Source: Enoplolaimus lenunculus (lineage: Eukaryota). From it: a DNA stretch of 64,000 nt. The position numbers and the translations under genes were made by a program. Positions 1 to 14,600 of the stretch are shown here, one piece after another. The first letter of the stretch is position 1; every line of letters begins with the position of its first letter. Location: the NCBI GenBank assembly GCA_030248215.1, contig JASANG010003930.1:124001-188000 (forward strand), given 5' to 3'. Under the pieces are notes generated by a model. That model saw only the letters and a list, made by a program, of their open reading frames with translations. It had not been told where the DNA came from and did not search any database.

Positions 1-411
1 TAGAACTGTGCCTGAGACAACATAAAACCTATTTTTCGTTAATGCATTTAAAACATTATGCGTATGCTTGAATATTAATAGCAGTGTGACATTTTTAGAA
101 TCAAATAGCCGGCACTTTTAATCAAAGGATATATATTTCATTTTCAACTTGCAGGTATATTTATAAGGGCCGTATCAAACACTATGCACTTTCGCAAATT
201 TGATACGCGGTTGTTTACCACAGGGCCATAGCTACGTGAAGGGGCCAAAAGGTTGATCGTCGCCTGCGTATATTTTCGATCCTGTGATCGAAATTTTTTT
301 GACAGAATTAAAAAGATTCCATGCTAGGAAAGAAAATCCTAAACAACTTGATTTAAGCTTAAGCTAACCCAGCAGCATTAAACAAAGTTTCTAGATGACT
401 AAACTAAAAGT

Positions 412-1344
412 AAACTAGGTAAAAGTGCCCCTAGAAGGGACAGATTGTGATGTTTCGCTTGAAGCATGTAAATGAGTTTAAACAAGGGTTAGTTAGACCA
501 TAGATCAGTAGGTAATGCTTATAATATTAGCTCCATAACTTCTATGAAAATAGTTGTCATCTATATCTTTGACGGCTGTCTTTCAGTGTTAACACGCTTG
601 CGGTCAGTGAAGCAAGAAACATATGGGCCCAGCGGACATCACCTATCAGCTTCATTTTAGCGTTTGTTGGGTTTTACAATGTTCAATTTATAAGTGATCT
701 TATCTAGCATTCTTCATTGGAAGAGGATATTTTTTGAGTTTTAAACTATTATGTTTCTAAAACTGGATTAGTAAATATTTCAATATTGCAAGATTACAAA
801 TTGCGTCTTTTGATTATCGAATAAAAAATGTCACGCATACGTGCTCGACTATTGTAGCTATCTTTACCATGACAATTTGATGATGTGAAGTCGAGAAACT
901 TTTCCAAATTGTGTTCTGTGCCGTGACATATTAAAGCTATTCATCTAGAAAATACCATTCAAACGTTGCTAAATATTTCAAAGAACATATTCTGCTGGCG
1001 CTCAATTGAGATAACTTTTAAAAAGCAACTGACTGTTATACGAAATGAATGTTGAGAGTTGTACTTTAGAACGCCTTGAAAACCCATAGTGTCAATTTAT
1101 AACTTAACAGATGAAAGTTCGTTGGGCCCATATGTTTCTTGTTTCACTGACCGCAAGCGTGTTAACACTGAAAGACAGCCGTCAAAGATATAGATGACAA
1201 CTATTTTCATAGAAGTTATGGAGCTAATATTATAAGCATTACCTACTGATCTATGGTCTAACTAACCCTTGTTTAAACTCATTTACATGCTTCAAGCGAA
1301 ACATATCACAATCTGTCCCTTCTAGGGGCACTTTTACCTAGTTT
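412..1344. mobile_element. Non-autonomous DNA transposon (foldback/MITE) with ~225-bp near-perfect terminal inverted repeats
   Basis: 412-637 (aaactaggtaaaagtgcccctagaagggacag...atatgggccc) is the reverse complement of ~1117-1344 (gggcccatatg...tctaggggcacttttacctagttt) with only a few differences. The ~480-bp spacer has no transposase ORF. Ends can be read as TA- or CTAG-flanked. Confidence 0.9.
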
Positions 1345-3659
1345 CTTTCTTTTACATGGGATACTGTGAGGTTTTATGCTAAGTGTACTCCTAAGCGTAC
1401 GCCTAAGCCTAAACAAAATATAAGTCTAAATCGTACACTTGCTCCATTGCAATCCATCAAAAAGCAGCCAGTTCTAAGCTATAATTCATGTGAGGTTATT
1501 ACAAAACATTACTGTCTTTGTTAGCAATTTCAGTAGAACAAACATCGCAAGGGACACGTAATCTATTACACGGTGTCATTAGCATTATAGAATAATATCG
1601 ACTAGCTATGGTAATTACATATTTGTAATACAATTTTTTCGAAAAATTACAAAAATCAAACTTTTAATAACAACTAACTTAAATGAGACGTTTAGGTGTC
1701 CAATTTGTGTATGGTGTCGAAGCGGCTAATTAGGATATTGTATACGTAAGTTACCTCATTCCAGCTCTGCTTTCCTGCAGAGAACATTCTGCAAAACTTT
1801 CAAAAAGCGTGCATTCTCGATGCTTGAAACATATATTGTAAACACTAACGTGTTTCAATGATTTACAATTAAGCTAATTTAAATTATGACATATTTTTAG
1901 TTTAAGCTAAACTTAATGAATTCTTACACACACACTATTTCTGAGCTGCACTTGTTACTTAATCCAAAAGCAAGTTTATGTTAATTTCGTGCTAAACTTT
2001 AAATATAGTAGTCCAAGTTAAACTCAGAACTCTAGCTTAGTTATTCCGTGAAGAGGTTTAACTTTTACTTAAACTAATATTCAAGTTTGGTTAAGTTATA
2101 TTTAGTTTAAGCTTAAAATCATGTTACCCCTTCTGTTAAAATCCGTGGTTTTCGGATTATTGTTACTACTTATCATCACACAATTGTCAGGGTTACTTAC
2201 GGACGTCCAATATAACACGTTATTGTAAAATGTTTAGGGGACCTATATCATCTATTAGTTGCCATATGTGGTGAACTTGTGTACCATATTGATACTATTT
2301 CCACTGTTTCAATGAGATTTCTTTTGTTTTATATATATACTTAAAAAGTTAACATTATCTTCTTTGCCAAACATCTACAAATTTCTACATTACTCGGGTT
2401 ACTTTGGTCAGATTGTTTAAAAATAATTTTCGTAATCAATTTACCACACGCAAAACAAAAAAGAATTTAGCCACTGGCGGAAAAATTGGCTGGTCAAGTT
2501 TCACTTGGTGATTTTCTAATTTACACAAGTCGCTGTTGCTTGTTATTTTTAAAACACACCCACTCGCTTTATGAACAATATATATCGCACCACTGGACTA
2601 CGTAAACATCAGGAACGGAATGTTTTTCTGTGGAACTGCAATAGAATAAGCTTAAGCTTTAGACTAATTTTTTTGTTAGGCCTACGGCTTAGGTATAAAT
2701 TAATTTTTACCGTTCCGCTTAGGCTTAGTCTTAGGCTTACGATAAGGCTTGCAAATACGTTTATACTACTCCTCACCGTCAGTTCTATATATTGGCCGTG
2801 TCACTTACGGGAGGCTACAAATCATACTGCATTTAACTTAGCATTAAACTAAGGCTTTGATTTAAGCGTTGGCAATGGGCAAACATTTACGGTCGGTTCT
2901 CGTACACATTCCTCTTGCTGGCTTAGAATTACACTTTTAGGCTTGTGGTAGGCTTAGCCTAAGCCTAACCTCAAACCTTCTGTTAAACTTTAAGCGTAAG
3001 CCCGAACCTTTGCTTAAACTTTAAGTTACGCTCAAGCCTGAGCCTAAGCCTAAGCCTAACGCCATAACCTTAAATTTAGGAGGAAAGTGAACAAAAGCTT
3101 TTAACCTATTCAATCTTTACTTAACTAACAATATAATACAGGTTATATAATGGTTAGACTTTTGGCAAACCGCTTGTATATATACACCTGCTAATTTACG
3201 ATCTGTTGATTAAACCATTTTTCAGTGCTTAATTTCTTCGTTGCGGTAGTCCTGCAACCAACAGTTGTTCATTCAGCAGCAAAAACTTTTTGCGATGTCA
3301 AATCAAATATTCGTATACATAGAATTATTTTAAAGTTGCTGAAATTCATCCGACTTAGGGGGAAATGCTCATAGGGTCGCGACCCCTCAGCGCACACAGT
3401 TGCGGCCACGGTTTTTATTTTACTGTTTTTCATAAGTTTGACAGCAGATTGCTATACATTCGCTTTGGAACTAAGCGGGTTTCTTCTGTGAAGCAAAATT
3501 TATTAAAGAAAAACTATTGTTAAAAATTTCATTGAGAACAATTGGTCATTTGTACAACGTTTTTCGAGTATGTTTTAAATGTTCCGTTTCATTTTAAGTT
3601 TGCTTTAAACCTGTATGTGTTTTGTTACTCAAAATTAGGATAATTCAGCACTCGCAATA

Positions 3660-3828
3660 AAACAGTGTTAGGTCGGGTGTTAGCAAAGGTTCCTACAAAA
3701 CACGGGGTCAACAGAATATTGAACTGAGGTGTGAAGTCACTGGAGTCGAGTGGAGAAAATTTTAAGCTGCTGCAGTTTTAACTTCTGCTCAATATTCCTG
3801 TCTGAAAAATTACTTAGACGAGCTTACA
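3660..3828. repeat. Copy 1 of a ~170-bp direct duplication (copy 2 at 5928-6098)
   Basis: aaacagtgttag...ggtgttagcaaaggttcctacaa...gagtcgagtggagaaaattttaagctgctgcagt...agacgagcttaca occurs twice with few substitutions. Confidence 0.9.
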
Positions 3829-5927
3829 TTTTATGTTGACGTCGAATCTGCATAAAACAGAACGTGTTTTGGACTGACCCAACTATAAAACGTGAACCTT
3901 GCATTATGCAAAGGCTTAACTCAAAGTCTAGGCTTAGGCGTAAACATATACAAATCTTTCTCTGCAAACATAAGCATAAGCCTGAGCCTAAACCAAATCC
4001 TGTTAGGAGAATAGAGTACAAGAGGCAAGTTCTATTTTCATTCTCTGCATGTTTCTCACCAAGGTTGTAGCTGGGATTTCATTTCATTTCGGGAAGATAT
4101 AACCTCATGTAAAAAGCTTTTTTGTAATGAGCGAAACAAGTACGAAAATCGTAAGCGTGTGAAATTGTCTTTTTTTCTGGTTTCCATAAGAATTTCTTGA
4201 GACGTTTATCTCTATTCTTTTTTCATACGCCCCTGTTTCTAAAAATGTTTTCTCGTTTCTATAGAAAATTCGGAAGTAATGTATATACTCTCTATCCCAT
4301 TTGTATAACGCCCGGTTGACGATAAATTTTGAGACAGTTTGCTCAGCTTACAATGTTTAGGTACATGAACCGAATACCTGTAGGTTAAATTTGTGTCCGC
4401 CACGATCGGGGGTTTATCATTTGCTACTTTGCAAAACCATTTAGGCTTGAAGATCGGTGAGGTACGGTGGTAACGTCTGTGTCAAAGAGTTGTAGGTACT
4501 TTTTTCGCGGAAATCAATCGCTTTCTGTTGTTGTTTTTGTTGATTAAACATAGTATACGACAACATCAAAAATTTAGTTGTCATGACACTCGAATATTAT
4601 TTAGTTTAACCTTAAATGTTTAATGTTTTTGGTTTTCCATTTGAGAGACTGTACTCAAAAATAGGTTGATTACGATAATTGTCTTTTTTGGACTGTTTAC
4701 ACAAATTTACAGTTTAAAAGCAATGATTGATGAGTAACGGCGGGATAAATTTGGAGAATCAATTTCGATTATTAAGTTCTAGGAGTTATAACGCTTAACT
4801 ACATTGGTCAAAGCTTAGTTTATTAAAAAACATTTATCCGCTTGCGCTCGTTATCTTTTTGTAGTCGTTTTTACACGACAAATACAGTGACTATTGACTT
4901 CACAGTCTTCGAAACCGCTGGCGTTGTCTAGAAAAATCTGACGGGGTGAGCGAGATGCTAAGGACAATTTTTTAGTTCTACATCTTAATTTTAGTTTCGA
5001 TGGCTGTTGGAAGCGCATAGCCTAGAGGTGTCTCTTCGGATTTATGAGATGAGTGTTCTAATGCTCCGGTAAAAATGCACACTAACTATTGAATCCAATT
5101 TAGATTTTTTTATTGCTAGTAGAGTGTTGCTTTTAAGATCGGGTGGTCCGCTCGTGCGGTGAGGCGTAGCCCGGATTTCAGTTCGTAAATATATAACCTC
5201 CAGTAAAAGAAAATTTTCTTACCTTCAGGTTCCTGCGGCTTATTATAAACATCGTTAAAAGTGCTTTTCCTTTGTCTTCTGAAATTTCGAGACAGGACGA
5301 TATCTCACTCTATACCTCCTTTTATGTACGTAACTGCTCGTGCAGCCTTGGCGTCTTTAGCGACCGCTTTTAATTGAGCAAACGCCTGTCCATGGATGGT
5401 ACACCAATTTTATCAAGACTTTAAGTTGCGACAAGTAAAACATACCCCAATATCCAGACACATTCTAGTCTCATTCATTATTTTTATGCCGAGCTCAAGA
5501 GCTCTATAAATATGCAGCAGCAGTGCATTCACAAATTTCTGATGGGAAGACTGAGTAATATAGATCGTAAGCGATAAACCAAACGCAACTTTGGTACTAA
5601 ACCTTGTAAAAAAATTTTCATCCTTGTTGGAATCTTAGGTCCTTGTGCCCCACTTGGATCCGCCAGTGTGCACCGGCCCTTTCAACAATATTTGTGAAAA
5701 GCAAACATTTGTTATATACTTAGGCAACCTCTCGCGTGTTTAATTTCGTAGTTCATCCGTAACATTATGATTTCATTAAAGCGGTTCTTTGATGTTTTCC
5801 AGCAAATTGTCATCTGTTGTACAATGGAACAAAGACAATCATGTACAGCTAATATTCTTTTACGTTGTTTGATTCTCATCTTGTTGATGCTAACCTTGTT
5901 TGATACAACCAGCGAGATGCTAAACAG

Positions 5928-6098
5928 AAACAGTGTTAGATCTGGTGTTAGCAAAGGTTCCTACAACACACGGGGGTCAACAGAATATTGAACTGAGGTG
6001 TGAAGTCACTGGAGTCGAGTGGAGAAAATTTTAAGCTGCTGCAGTCCTAACTTTCTGCTCAATATTCCTGTCCAAAAATTTACTCAGACGAGCTTACA
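5928..6098. repeat. Copy 2 of the ~170-bp direct duplication
   Basis: Near-identical to 3660-3828. Confidence 0.9.
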
Positions 6099-6188
6099 GT
6101 TTGAAATATCGGTCGGCGAACGCTAGCTACATTAAGTTTAATAGACGTTATACCATTCGAGCATGTCTTGATCATTACGTTCACGTTA

Positions 6189-6511
6189 TAACCGGGGCAG
6201 CTTGGGACACGTTTTGACCCTATTAGCCTATTGGGTTGCATTTTGTCTGCTACCCGAAGATTACACTGTGCGGGTGAATATCATATGATATGCGTTGTAA
6301 TTTTGGAATATCATATGATATTCGCAAAATTGTCCCTTAGTATCACGTGACATACAGACTCTTGTACATATTGGTCTTCTGTGAGCGGTGGGTTTGTAAC
6401 TAAATGTCATACGACATTGGAGTTTTGTCTGTTCACACGATATCATTGCTCGAATCTTGACGTTGACGTCGAATCAACATGGGACAAACCGTGTTCCGCC
6501 TGCCCCGGTTG
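6189..6511. mobile_element. MITE with short TIRs, TA-flanked
   Basis: Left end ta-taaccggggcagcttgggacacg; right end gtgttccgcctgccccggttg-ta. Confidence 0.6.
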
Positions 6512-8569
6512 TAACCTGAATCCCACATAAGATAGCAGCAGCCAGTGCCGGCGTAACTGGACCAACTAAACTTTTTTCGGGGACGACGAAATTATAGAGC
6601 TGTGAAACATTTTATTGGCTTCCGCTCGGGCCTGTTTGAGGGGGTGACTAGCCTACCGCCGACCGCGGCAACAGCCCCGAAAACTGATTCAGTTACATTG
6701 CAAATTCAAAACCAACCTGCTTTGCAACGAATATTACAGTGGTGAACGCTGTAACAACACAAAATTCCATTGTCGCTGTAGGTTACATTGCTAATTAGTC
6801 CAAATTATAGCAACAAGCAGTTCAGCAATACCTAATACCAATATTACAAAAATTGCCCTGTTTAACCATAATACCTTGTATAAATAGAAAAATTCAAAAC
6901 AGACCTAATGAACCGTGCATCCTTATATTCAAATATGTAAAGCAAAAGTTTACTGGCACCGAACTTCAACCAAATTACCCCACAGTAAACCAATATATAT
7001 AATCGTATAACATCAACGGCAGTTTGTCAATAAATGATTTGCTGTTCGTGCGCGCATCAGGTGTTTTTGGTACCACAAAGCCTAGTATTAAAATACAGTA
7101 AATTACATATTTGCCCTGACAACTCGGCAATGCGCAATATTTATGATGTATATTGTCAGCGTTTTAGTTTTCGATCGTTATGGTAACCCCTGAAAACCTG
7201 GTCTGTGTCCCTGTATCTCATTAAAGTTAAATGTCGAAGGGCACAAAGTATATATATCTATTGAGTGATTAGTCAAAAAACTTTTTTTTGTTTCCGATAA
7301 CGACCATACCCAGTGTTAATACTGTTTTGTGTTAGGAACAGCATTATAAAACATAACTAAAACAACTAATACAGTTCATTCGAATTTATATCTATCGTAA
7401 TTTATTTAAGCAAACAAATATTATTACCTATTGGTCGCCACTGATTTGTTATTAATCACAGATGAAGCAATCTGACTCTTTTTCGACAAAGTATAAGTTT
7501 AACTTAATACCAGGGGTTTATAATTTTTGGCCAGTATTTGAAAGTTTACGACTTAAGTTTTTAGCATAAAATATCGAATTGTGATGAGTTACTTTGATAA
7601 AAGTTTAGAATAATTCAAAATGATTTGACGCGAATAATATATAACATACATGATGGAGACCTAATCGTTAGAATGAGCTTATACCTAAACCTACGCCTAA
7701 GTCTAAGCAAAACTTAGTCTAAAGCTTAACTGCAGCCCCGCAGAAAAAAGTTTCGCACCTGATTTTTGCATGGCTCTAAATTTTAGTTCAACTTTTACTG
7801 TGCAACAAAAATAGGTGTTGCGTTATGATAAAACCATTTTCAGTTCAAACCAGCAAAACATAAAACATTCCAAAAATTCTATATTCCAGTTGAAAAACAG
7901 CTAAGCTCCGATAGTTAAAACCAAAATGAGAATTATGGGCGCCGTCAGAACACTGTTTTGCGAGGTCAAATGAGGTCCAGCTCAGAATATGTAGAATTAA
8001 ATATCTTATCGAAAATAATGTACAAATTTTACGTTGTATTATAACCAGTATACGGGTTTGTTTGGAAAACCCAAATTTGACGCAGCTGCATTGTCTTGAT
8101 CATACCTGCCGGCGTCCATGATTGCAATTGATCTGACATTAACCAGGGTGTAACCGGATATTTGTTTTTGTTTTCGTCAATTCGACCACTATCATTTTTT
8201 GTTAATTTTACTGCGCCGTTTACATCCAGGTATTAACCAATGTAAATTTTGTGAAATTGTGAGTTTTTCGGACTGATTTGTACCAAAGGCGTAATTTTAT
8301 TAAGTTTCATTTGGAATAGCAAACCATTAGCGCTCTATTATATACGTTATTTGCTTACATCTGCTTTTTAGCCAAACTTAGTTTTCTATTCTAAAATGGA
8401 AGAGGGTACAAGAGAAGAAATTTTGTAATTTTAATTATTTTTAACGTTTAAATTTTATTACTGCGGCGTAATATTGTAAACAAATCAACAACTACTCGGC
8501 AACAATTAACTCGACAAGTCCACACCGCTGAGAGTCAAGTTGAATCAACTAAAAGCGAAACAAGCAACA

Positions 8570-8627
8570 ATGACAATTAAACAGACGATTTTCGTTCTGT
8601 TGGCAGTGACTGTTGGCATTTATAAAG
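8570..8627 (+). CDS. Lectin gene exon 1: signal peptide
   Basis: ATG ACA ATT AAA... = MTIKQTIFVLLAVTVGIYK, then AAG|GTGTGT donor (phase 1). Confidence 0.75.
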
Positions 8628-11600
8628 GTGTGTTTGGCATTATATAAACATCGGCGTATTCTTGGGCGTAGATAAGTGGATCCATTCCTCCCGAAACTTT
8701 TGGAGACACAAGAACAAAAGCACATTTAAAAAGCTTTACAATAACCTGACGGATTTTAGGGGTAGAAAAAGCTTTCTCATTCGCTACGCTTACCCACTAA
8801 ACATTTGCTTAGAATTCTTAAGCTACAGAAACGAAATAATCTTTTTATGCTGCGTCCACTTTATTTTGCGTCCGCCATGTCAAATTTAACAAGGTCATTT
8901 TCAAGCTATGGTTTGAAGATTGTAGCAAACGGAAACCTAATTTAGAAATTGTTTCAATATTCTAGTTTATATAGTGGACGGCGTAACATAAACGGTAACG
9001 GTAGTAAAAACTATTATACACAGAACCAGGATTTTTCCAGTAGCGGAGGATAAGTACTTTATATCGAATTTTGAATTACTTCAGAGATGTAGTACCGTAA
9101 GTAGTATTTTTATTGTTAATACAGTCGCTCGCTGCAGTCTTACCGTTTAAGTTAATTTTGGCAAAAAAACGAAAATTTGCATAACTAAATTTGCGGCAAA
9201 CTATCGCCATTCCGCGCTTAGGTCTATATCAAAACTTAAAACATTAATTGGTATGCGATATTTGCTGCAGCAAGCATCATTACAAATATTAAAACAATGG
9301 TTTAGTGCTGCAATAAGTTTCGTAAAGAATGCAAGGTTCTCGCATGCCATAAAAACGACTACAGTTCTACTACTCTAAGCTATTGCATGGTTTTCTAATG
9401 TGCCATGTATGCATCAAAACACAACTGATTGGAATATTCAGTCGGAATCTCAATTGTAATAGGAATTTTTTTAATTTGTGGCATTTCTTGTAACCATTGG
9501 AAATATTCGGATAAACATAAAGGCTAGAGTACGGCTTATGAGGTTGAACATACTAAGTCTAGGTAGAAGCATTAATACAGTTTGTAAAGGGAAACCAGGC
9601 TCATCTAGGCAGCATCATTACAATCCTCGAATATTGTTTAAAACACCATTTTAACTTATCGAACATATTCCAAATTGTTACAGTATTTTGCACTAGTTCA
9701 TGATATGGTCTTGTAATTATTTCAACCAGCAAATGAAAGTTTACAAATTTGCAAGCCTGTCTGTAGCTACTCCAAGCTGCGGCTGTATGCAATTTTTGTT
9801 TAGCACCAATGTGCAAACGGGTAGTAAAAAACGGAAGCGGAAATGGAAACGGATAGGGATCAAAATAATGGAATCGAAAACAGAAACGGAAAAGGATGTT
9901 GAGGCATAAAAGTTTCAAAAGCTTTTTGTTTTTCTGCCAACACAACAGAGGCGTGCACAAGTTCACCGAGATAGCGTATGCATCGAAAGTTTTAAGGTTT
10001 TGGATGAATTTCGTAATTTTTATTGCATTTCGAAGAATTCCAGCATATCTGTAATGCATCGTTGCGAGATATATATGTAATTTGGAACAAATTTTGAAGG
10101 TAAAAATAACAAAATTTCCCATTATTTCTATAACGAAAACGGAAATAGACACCGATTTTTACCGGAAACGGAAACGGATATCTGGCTACACCCTGGTTAG
10201 CACATATTGCAGTTCGTATGTTTGAAAACTTACAGCCATATTCTCAGATGTTCGAATAGGACCTACTAGTACTTAGCAATTGATTTTCAGGAAAATGAAG
10301 TGTGACACCCTGGTGACCATAAGACCTAAAAAAATTCGATTGATTAAAGGGGCAAAAAATAAGATAAATTTCCACCCTGATCGCTCACTGGATTATAAGT
10401 GACAAATCCGATCGACAACTGGTGAAAAATGCTCCACACATTTGCCAATAAGGGCAATAACACTAACTTTCAATAATTAGCCACTTGAAAGAATTCGTGT
10501 TTAGTTTATAAATATTATATTTTTAGAAACCGAAGCGCAGGTGGCATGTTGTAAGTTTTTTATGCTTTTGATGCCTTATTTTAAATTGCAGTGGCTAAAA
10601 CGGTATAGCTTTTGAGATGCATATTAGTAGAAAATAACCTGATAAAATAAACCCAAGAAAACTTGTGAGCTATGGTTGAAAAAATTGGACTCAACATTCA
10701 AAAAAATTAGAGTTCGGTAGAAATTATAATACTAAGCGTACTTTAGCGTCTGTCTGTTTGGTAACCATTTTTTCAGCATAGACGTTGTTATATTTTTAAA
10801 TAATTAAATTTGTATTTAAGTGACAGTCAATTTTAAAATCAAGTCATTATCTGCCTAATTTTGAGTGGTAGCATCAATTCAAGTACAGTAGTGACCCGAA
10901 TTAGAGGGTGACTGATATTTATTTGGCCTCTCCAGAGGGTATGCCCCTTGTTACTTGGTTATGGACTGTTTTTTATTATTTAACCCGCCCTCCTGCGCCT
11001 TTCGTTATCCGGTATTGCAACTTTACGTTGAATTAAACGTTTGTCTTATAAAGTGTGTTTAACGTTTTGAACTGAACTTTATTTGGTCGTGTAGTCATTT
11101 ATGCACTACAATTTAGGATAATTGACATTTATGTTCTCTAATTAAGGTTTAAGAACTCTATCCACTTGCTACTCTATTTAGGGATACGTACTCCTATGGA
11201 TTGGGCCTTATTCCTGATTTCTATGCTTTTTGTTCGTTTATTTTTTGATTGTTCTGTTGTTTAAATTTAAAGCGATTTAACTACAGTTTAGTTTGCATGT
11301 ACTTCAATCATTTATAGGTTTACTGGTGACAAAATACGTGTAATTACATCGTAATTCTATGAAGCGACTAAAAGGCACTTAGCTCAAATTATTGTGTGGT
11401 GTACTAGTTCATTCAGTTAATTATTGGTTAATGCTTATAGCTTAACTATGGGCTTCGTAGACAAATTAACTTCCGTGCATTTTCCACATGCCAGACTACC
11501 GCGGTGTGTTCCGAGTGGCGAATCCAGAAACATTACACCTGGGGCGCTATTTTATAGTAAAAAATACCTTGCGTGCAAAACGAGCTAGAAACCCAAACAT

Positions 11601-14600
11601 CATTTTAAAACAAAATTTTGATCAAACGTTTTTGTTTTGATCCCTCTTTAATGGCATAGCCTATTGGGCCGCCGGCCATCCCTTTGATTCGTTAGCGTGT
11701 GGGACCTATGCTGATGGAAAACCTACCGGCTCTGCATTTGTGAAAATTTGGTTTCCATCAGAAAATATATTTACCATGCTTTTAAGCCACAAGCCCATTC
11801 TGCAAAATTTTCCCCACACTCTAATGTTGAGCTAGCAGCGGGCCTGATATAATGCTCCAAATATGGTCGTTATTGAAAGCCGGAATGTCTATGTAAACTT
11901 GAGCGCGATGCCATATATCAGGGTTCCAACAGGAACAAGATTTTGCCGGAACAGGGACAGGAATTTAATTTCTTAGAAGGAACCGCAACAGGAACCGGAA
12001 TTTGAAGTGATTTTCATCACCGAATTACTGTTGGACTATTTAGTAACCTTGCCAAATGACATCATCAAGTTTTGCGAAAATACGTCAGAAACAGTTTATT
12101 ATCAAAACTGACCTAATTACTAAAACACTCATTTAGAAATATACAACCATTTTTCAAAGACAAAGTGTTCAATATTTATATGATTGTAAATAATTTGCCG
12201 CAAAACCGTAAAAATTACGGTTCTTACATCTTTGAATGCAGGAACACAAACAGGAACATGAATTGAATTATTGCAGGAATTCCGGCCAGAACAGGAGTTC
12301 TGGTTGAACTCTGATATTTATGTAATATATGAAGGAAAGTGGCAATATTTTCAGACAGACTTTCGCTGAGTTCGGCCGCGAACTCTTAAAAACGCTCTAT
12401 TCAATTAAAAATACTGGATAAGCGCCTAGTTTTTGGCGCACTTAGCCTTCTTGATACCTTAACTTAATTATGCATGGTTCTGCTTCAGAAATCCCTCAAA
12501 CGAAAGTATGTAAAATTTGAACCGGCATACGATTTCTGTATCAATACACTGACGAGCACCAATATATGACACCATAAATATGTCATTATATTCCTTCGAG
12601 TGCTCTAAAATCATGTTAATTTTTCAACAGTCTTTGTTCATTTTCAAGCAACCGCCGCAAGCAACTGTGCATTGAAATCACCTCGTAATTCGTATATTGT
12701 TGCCGATCAAAAATGCATATTCACTGCTGAGCAAACGAACAATGACTGGTATGGCAACATGGCGTTTTGCAATATGCACGGAGGCCATCTGGCAAATTTG
12801 GACAATCAAGCCGAGTACGACGCGGTCCAAACGATGGTATTTCAAGGAGTCGTAAGTGTTCATTCAATGGCCGATCTGCCTACAAATTTCTAACGGGGAC
12901 GCACCCGATATAGATGATAAAAGCTCACGAATGCAGCGATCCATAAGCCAGACGATAATGAATTTCCAACAAAAAAGATATTTTAACGAAAAAAGCATGA
13001 ATGAATAAGGTTTATTTTCGAATGTGTGTAGCATCTGCCACCAGTTGCCGATAGTTCATGTATTTAAATAACTAAAAATTGATGAGCTCTAAAATTTAGC
13101 ACATTTATGTTGTGCCTCCAGGTATGCGACTTCCGTATTTTTGGATCAGCTGCTGTGACCACAATACTAGATTACGCTTTTTAGCTTATCATACGTCTCA
13201 GCGCATCACATGTTTCAACATTTGTACCAGAACTGTGTGTTCCGAATAATAAAGGGTTGACTGAAGCTTATTTTGCCTCTGCCGACGACAGCCCCTTGTT
13301 ATTCGGTTACGGTTGTTATTTGTTTTACAGCTCACCGCTCTGTTATTGTTCGATCCCTCAAATTTCACTTATGCCATTCTCTATGAACGTTTAAGTATGC
13401 CATTTAGTCTGAGTATGCTTTTAAAATTAGGCTGTATATACTGCTGTGAATTCAGTTAATATTGAGTCGTCATATTCTGCATTTAACTTAACTTGCTTTG
13501 GAGTAGTTTGATTAGGGTGATTGCACGGACTTTAATTAAGAATTTAAACAATATGAATTTACGGGCTGCCATTAGAAATAATTATTCATAACAATTTTGA
13601 CTCAAAATAGGAACCCCCGATTTATTACCTCTTGTTATTCGGGTCACCTGGAAAAATTTTGGCCATTCTTCGAAAATTTTCAACCTTGCTTGTAAGTCAT
13701 CAAACCCTTTAAATCCCCTCCTGAAAATTTTTTTGTCCCCCTCAGCAAGATGAGCTGGCTATGGGCCTGATTGGGTCCAATAAATGCGTATCATGTTTTA
13801 GCCGACAACCGATCCATGGATGGTATACAGTATCAACGGGCTTCGAGGGTCAGCAGATGCGCAAGTGATGAGCAGTTACAAACTGATGTCAACCGCAACG
13901 AATCTATTGCCTGGTGGTGGCACACTTGCAGGAACACACCTGTCTGTAACAACTCCAAGTACATATTGCTTTTGTTTAATTCAACAAAGCCGCGTACCCT
14001 CATTCGGCTCGTACCTTTTTCAGTTGACAGTAAAACTTGACATGAATTAATTTGCTTTAGAGCGGGTGTGGATACACAACATGGGCTGCGAAAATTTCTG
14101 AAGAAACGATTAAATGAATATTTATAAGATTGGAATATTAACCTGGCCGGAGCTGGATTATACAATTTACAAACGATTTCCGCTCGCTTTTAAAACTGTT
14201 GCGTGCAGTCTTTGCAAATATCACAAAAGTTAACGAGTTTGATCGGCCGAAAAAGCTGTTGGCCAAATGAGAGTGAATCAAATCAACGACCGTTTAATAT
14301 TTGGCGAATCATTTTAGAAAATTCAAAAACATTGTGTTATTTATCCAATCACACGTGAATTCGATAATTGTAGAGGCTACAAGTCATTTCGGAGGGGGTG
14401 AAAACTTGGTTGATTATTTATTTATAATGCGTAACATTTCTGTAAAATAACACTGGTGCTTTGTTTCTCTTTTCATAGCGTTTGTTAAGCGTCAACTCAG
14501 TAAAAGGTCGCGAGCATTGTCACATGGAGTGGAGACGTCATCTATCTCCCAGCATACGCCTTGATTGCTGCTAGCACGTTGTTTAGCGACGATTCGCGTA

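Noticed and set aside
3226..3312. Plus-strand exon-like segment (LNFFVAVVLQPTVVHSAAKTFCDVKSNI) as an alternative signal exon
   Set aside because: I found no upstream start or donor in a compatible phase, and its own donor is weak.
9601..10152. 183-aa minus-strand ORF as a possible transposase
   Set aside because: It lies mostly within the GGAAAC repeat element, is not preserved in the 20976-21343 copy, and has no DDE motifs.
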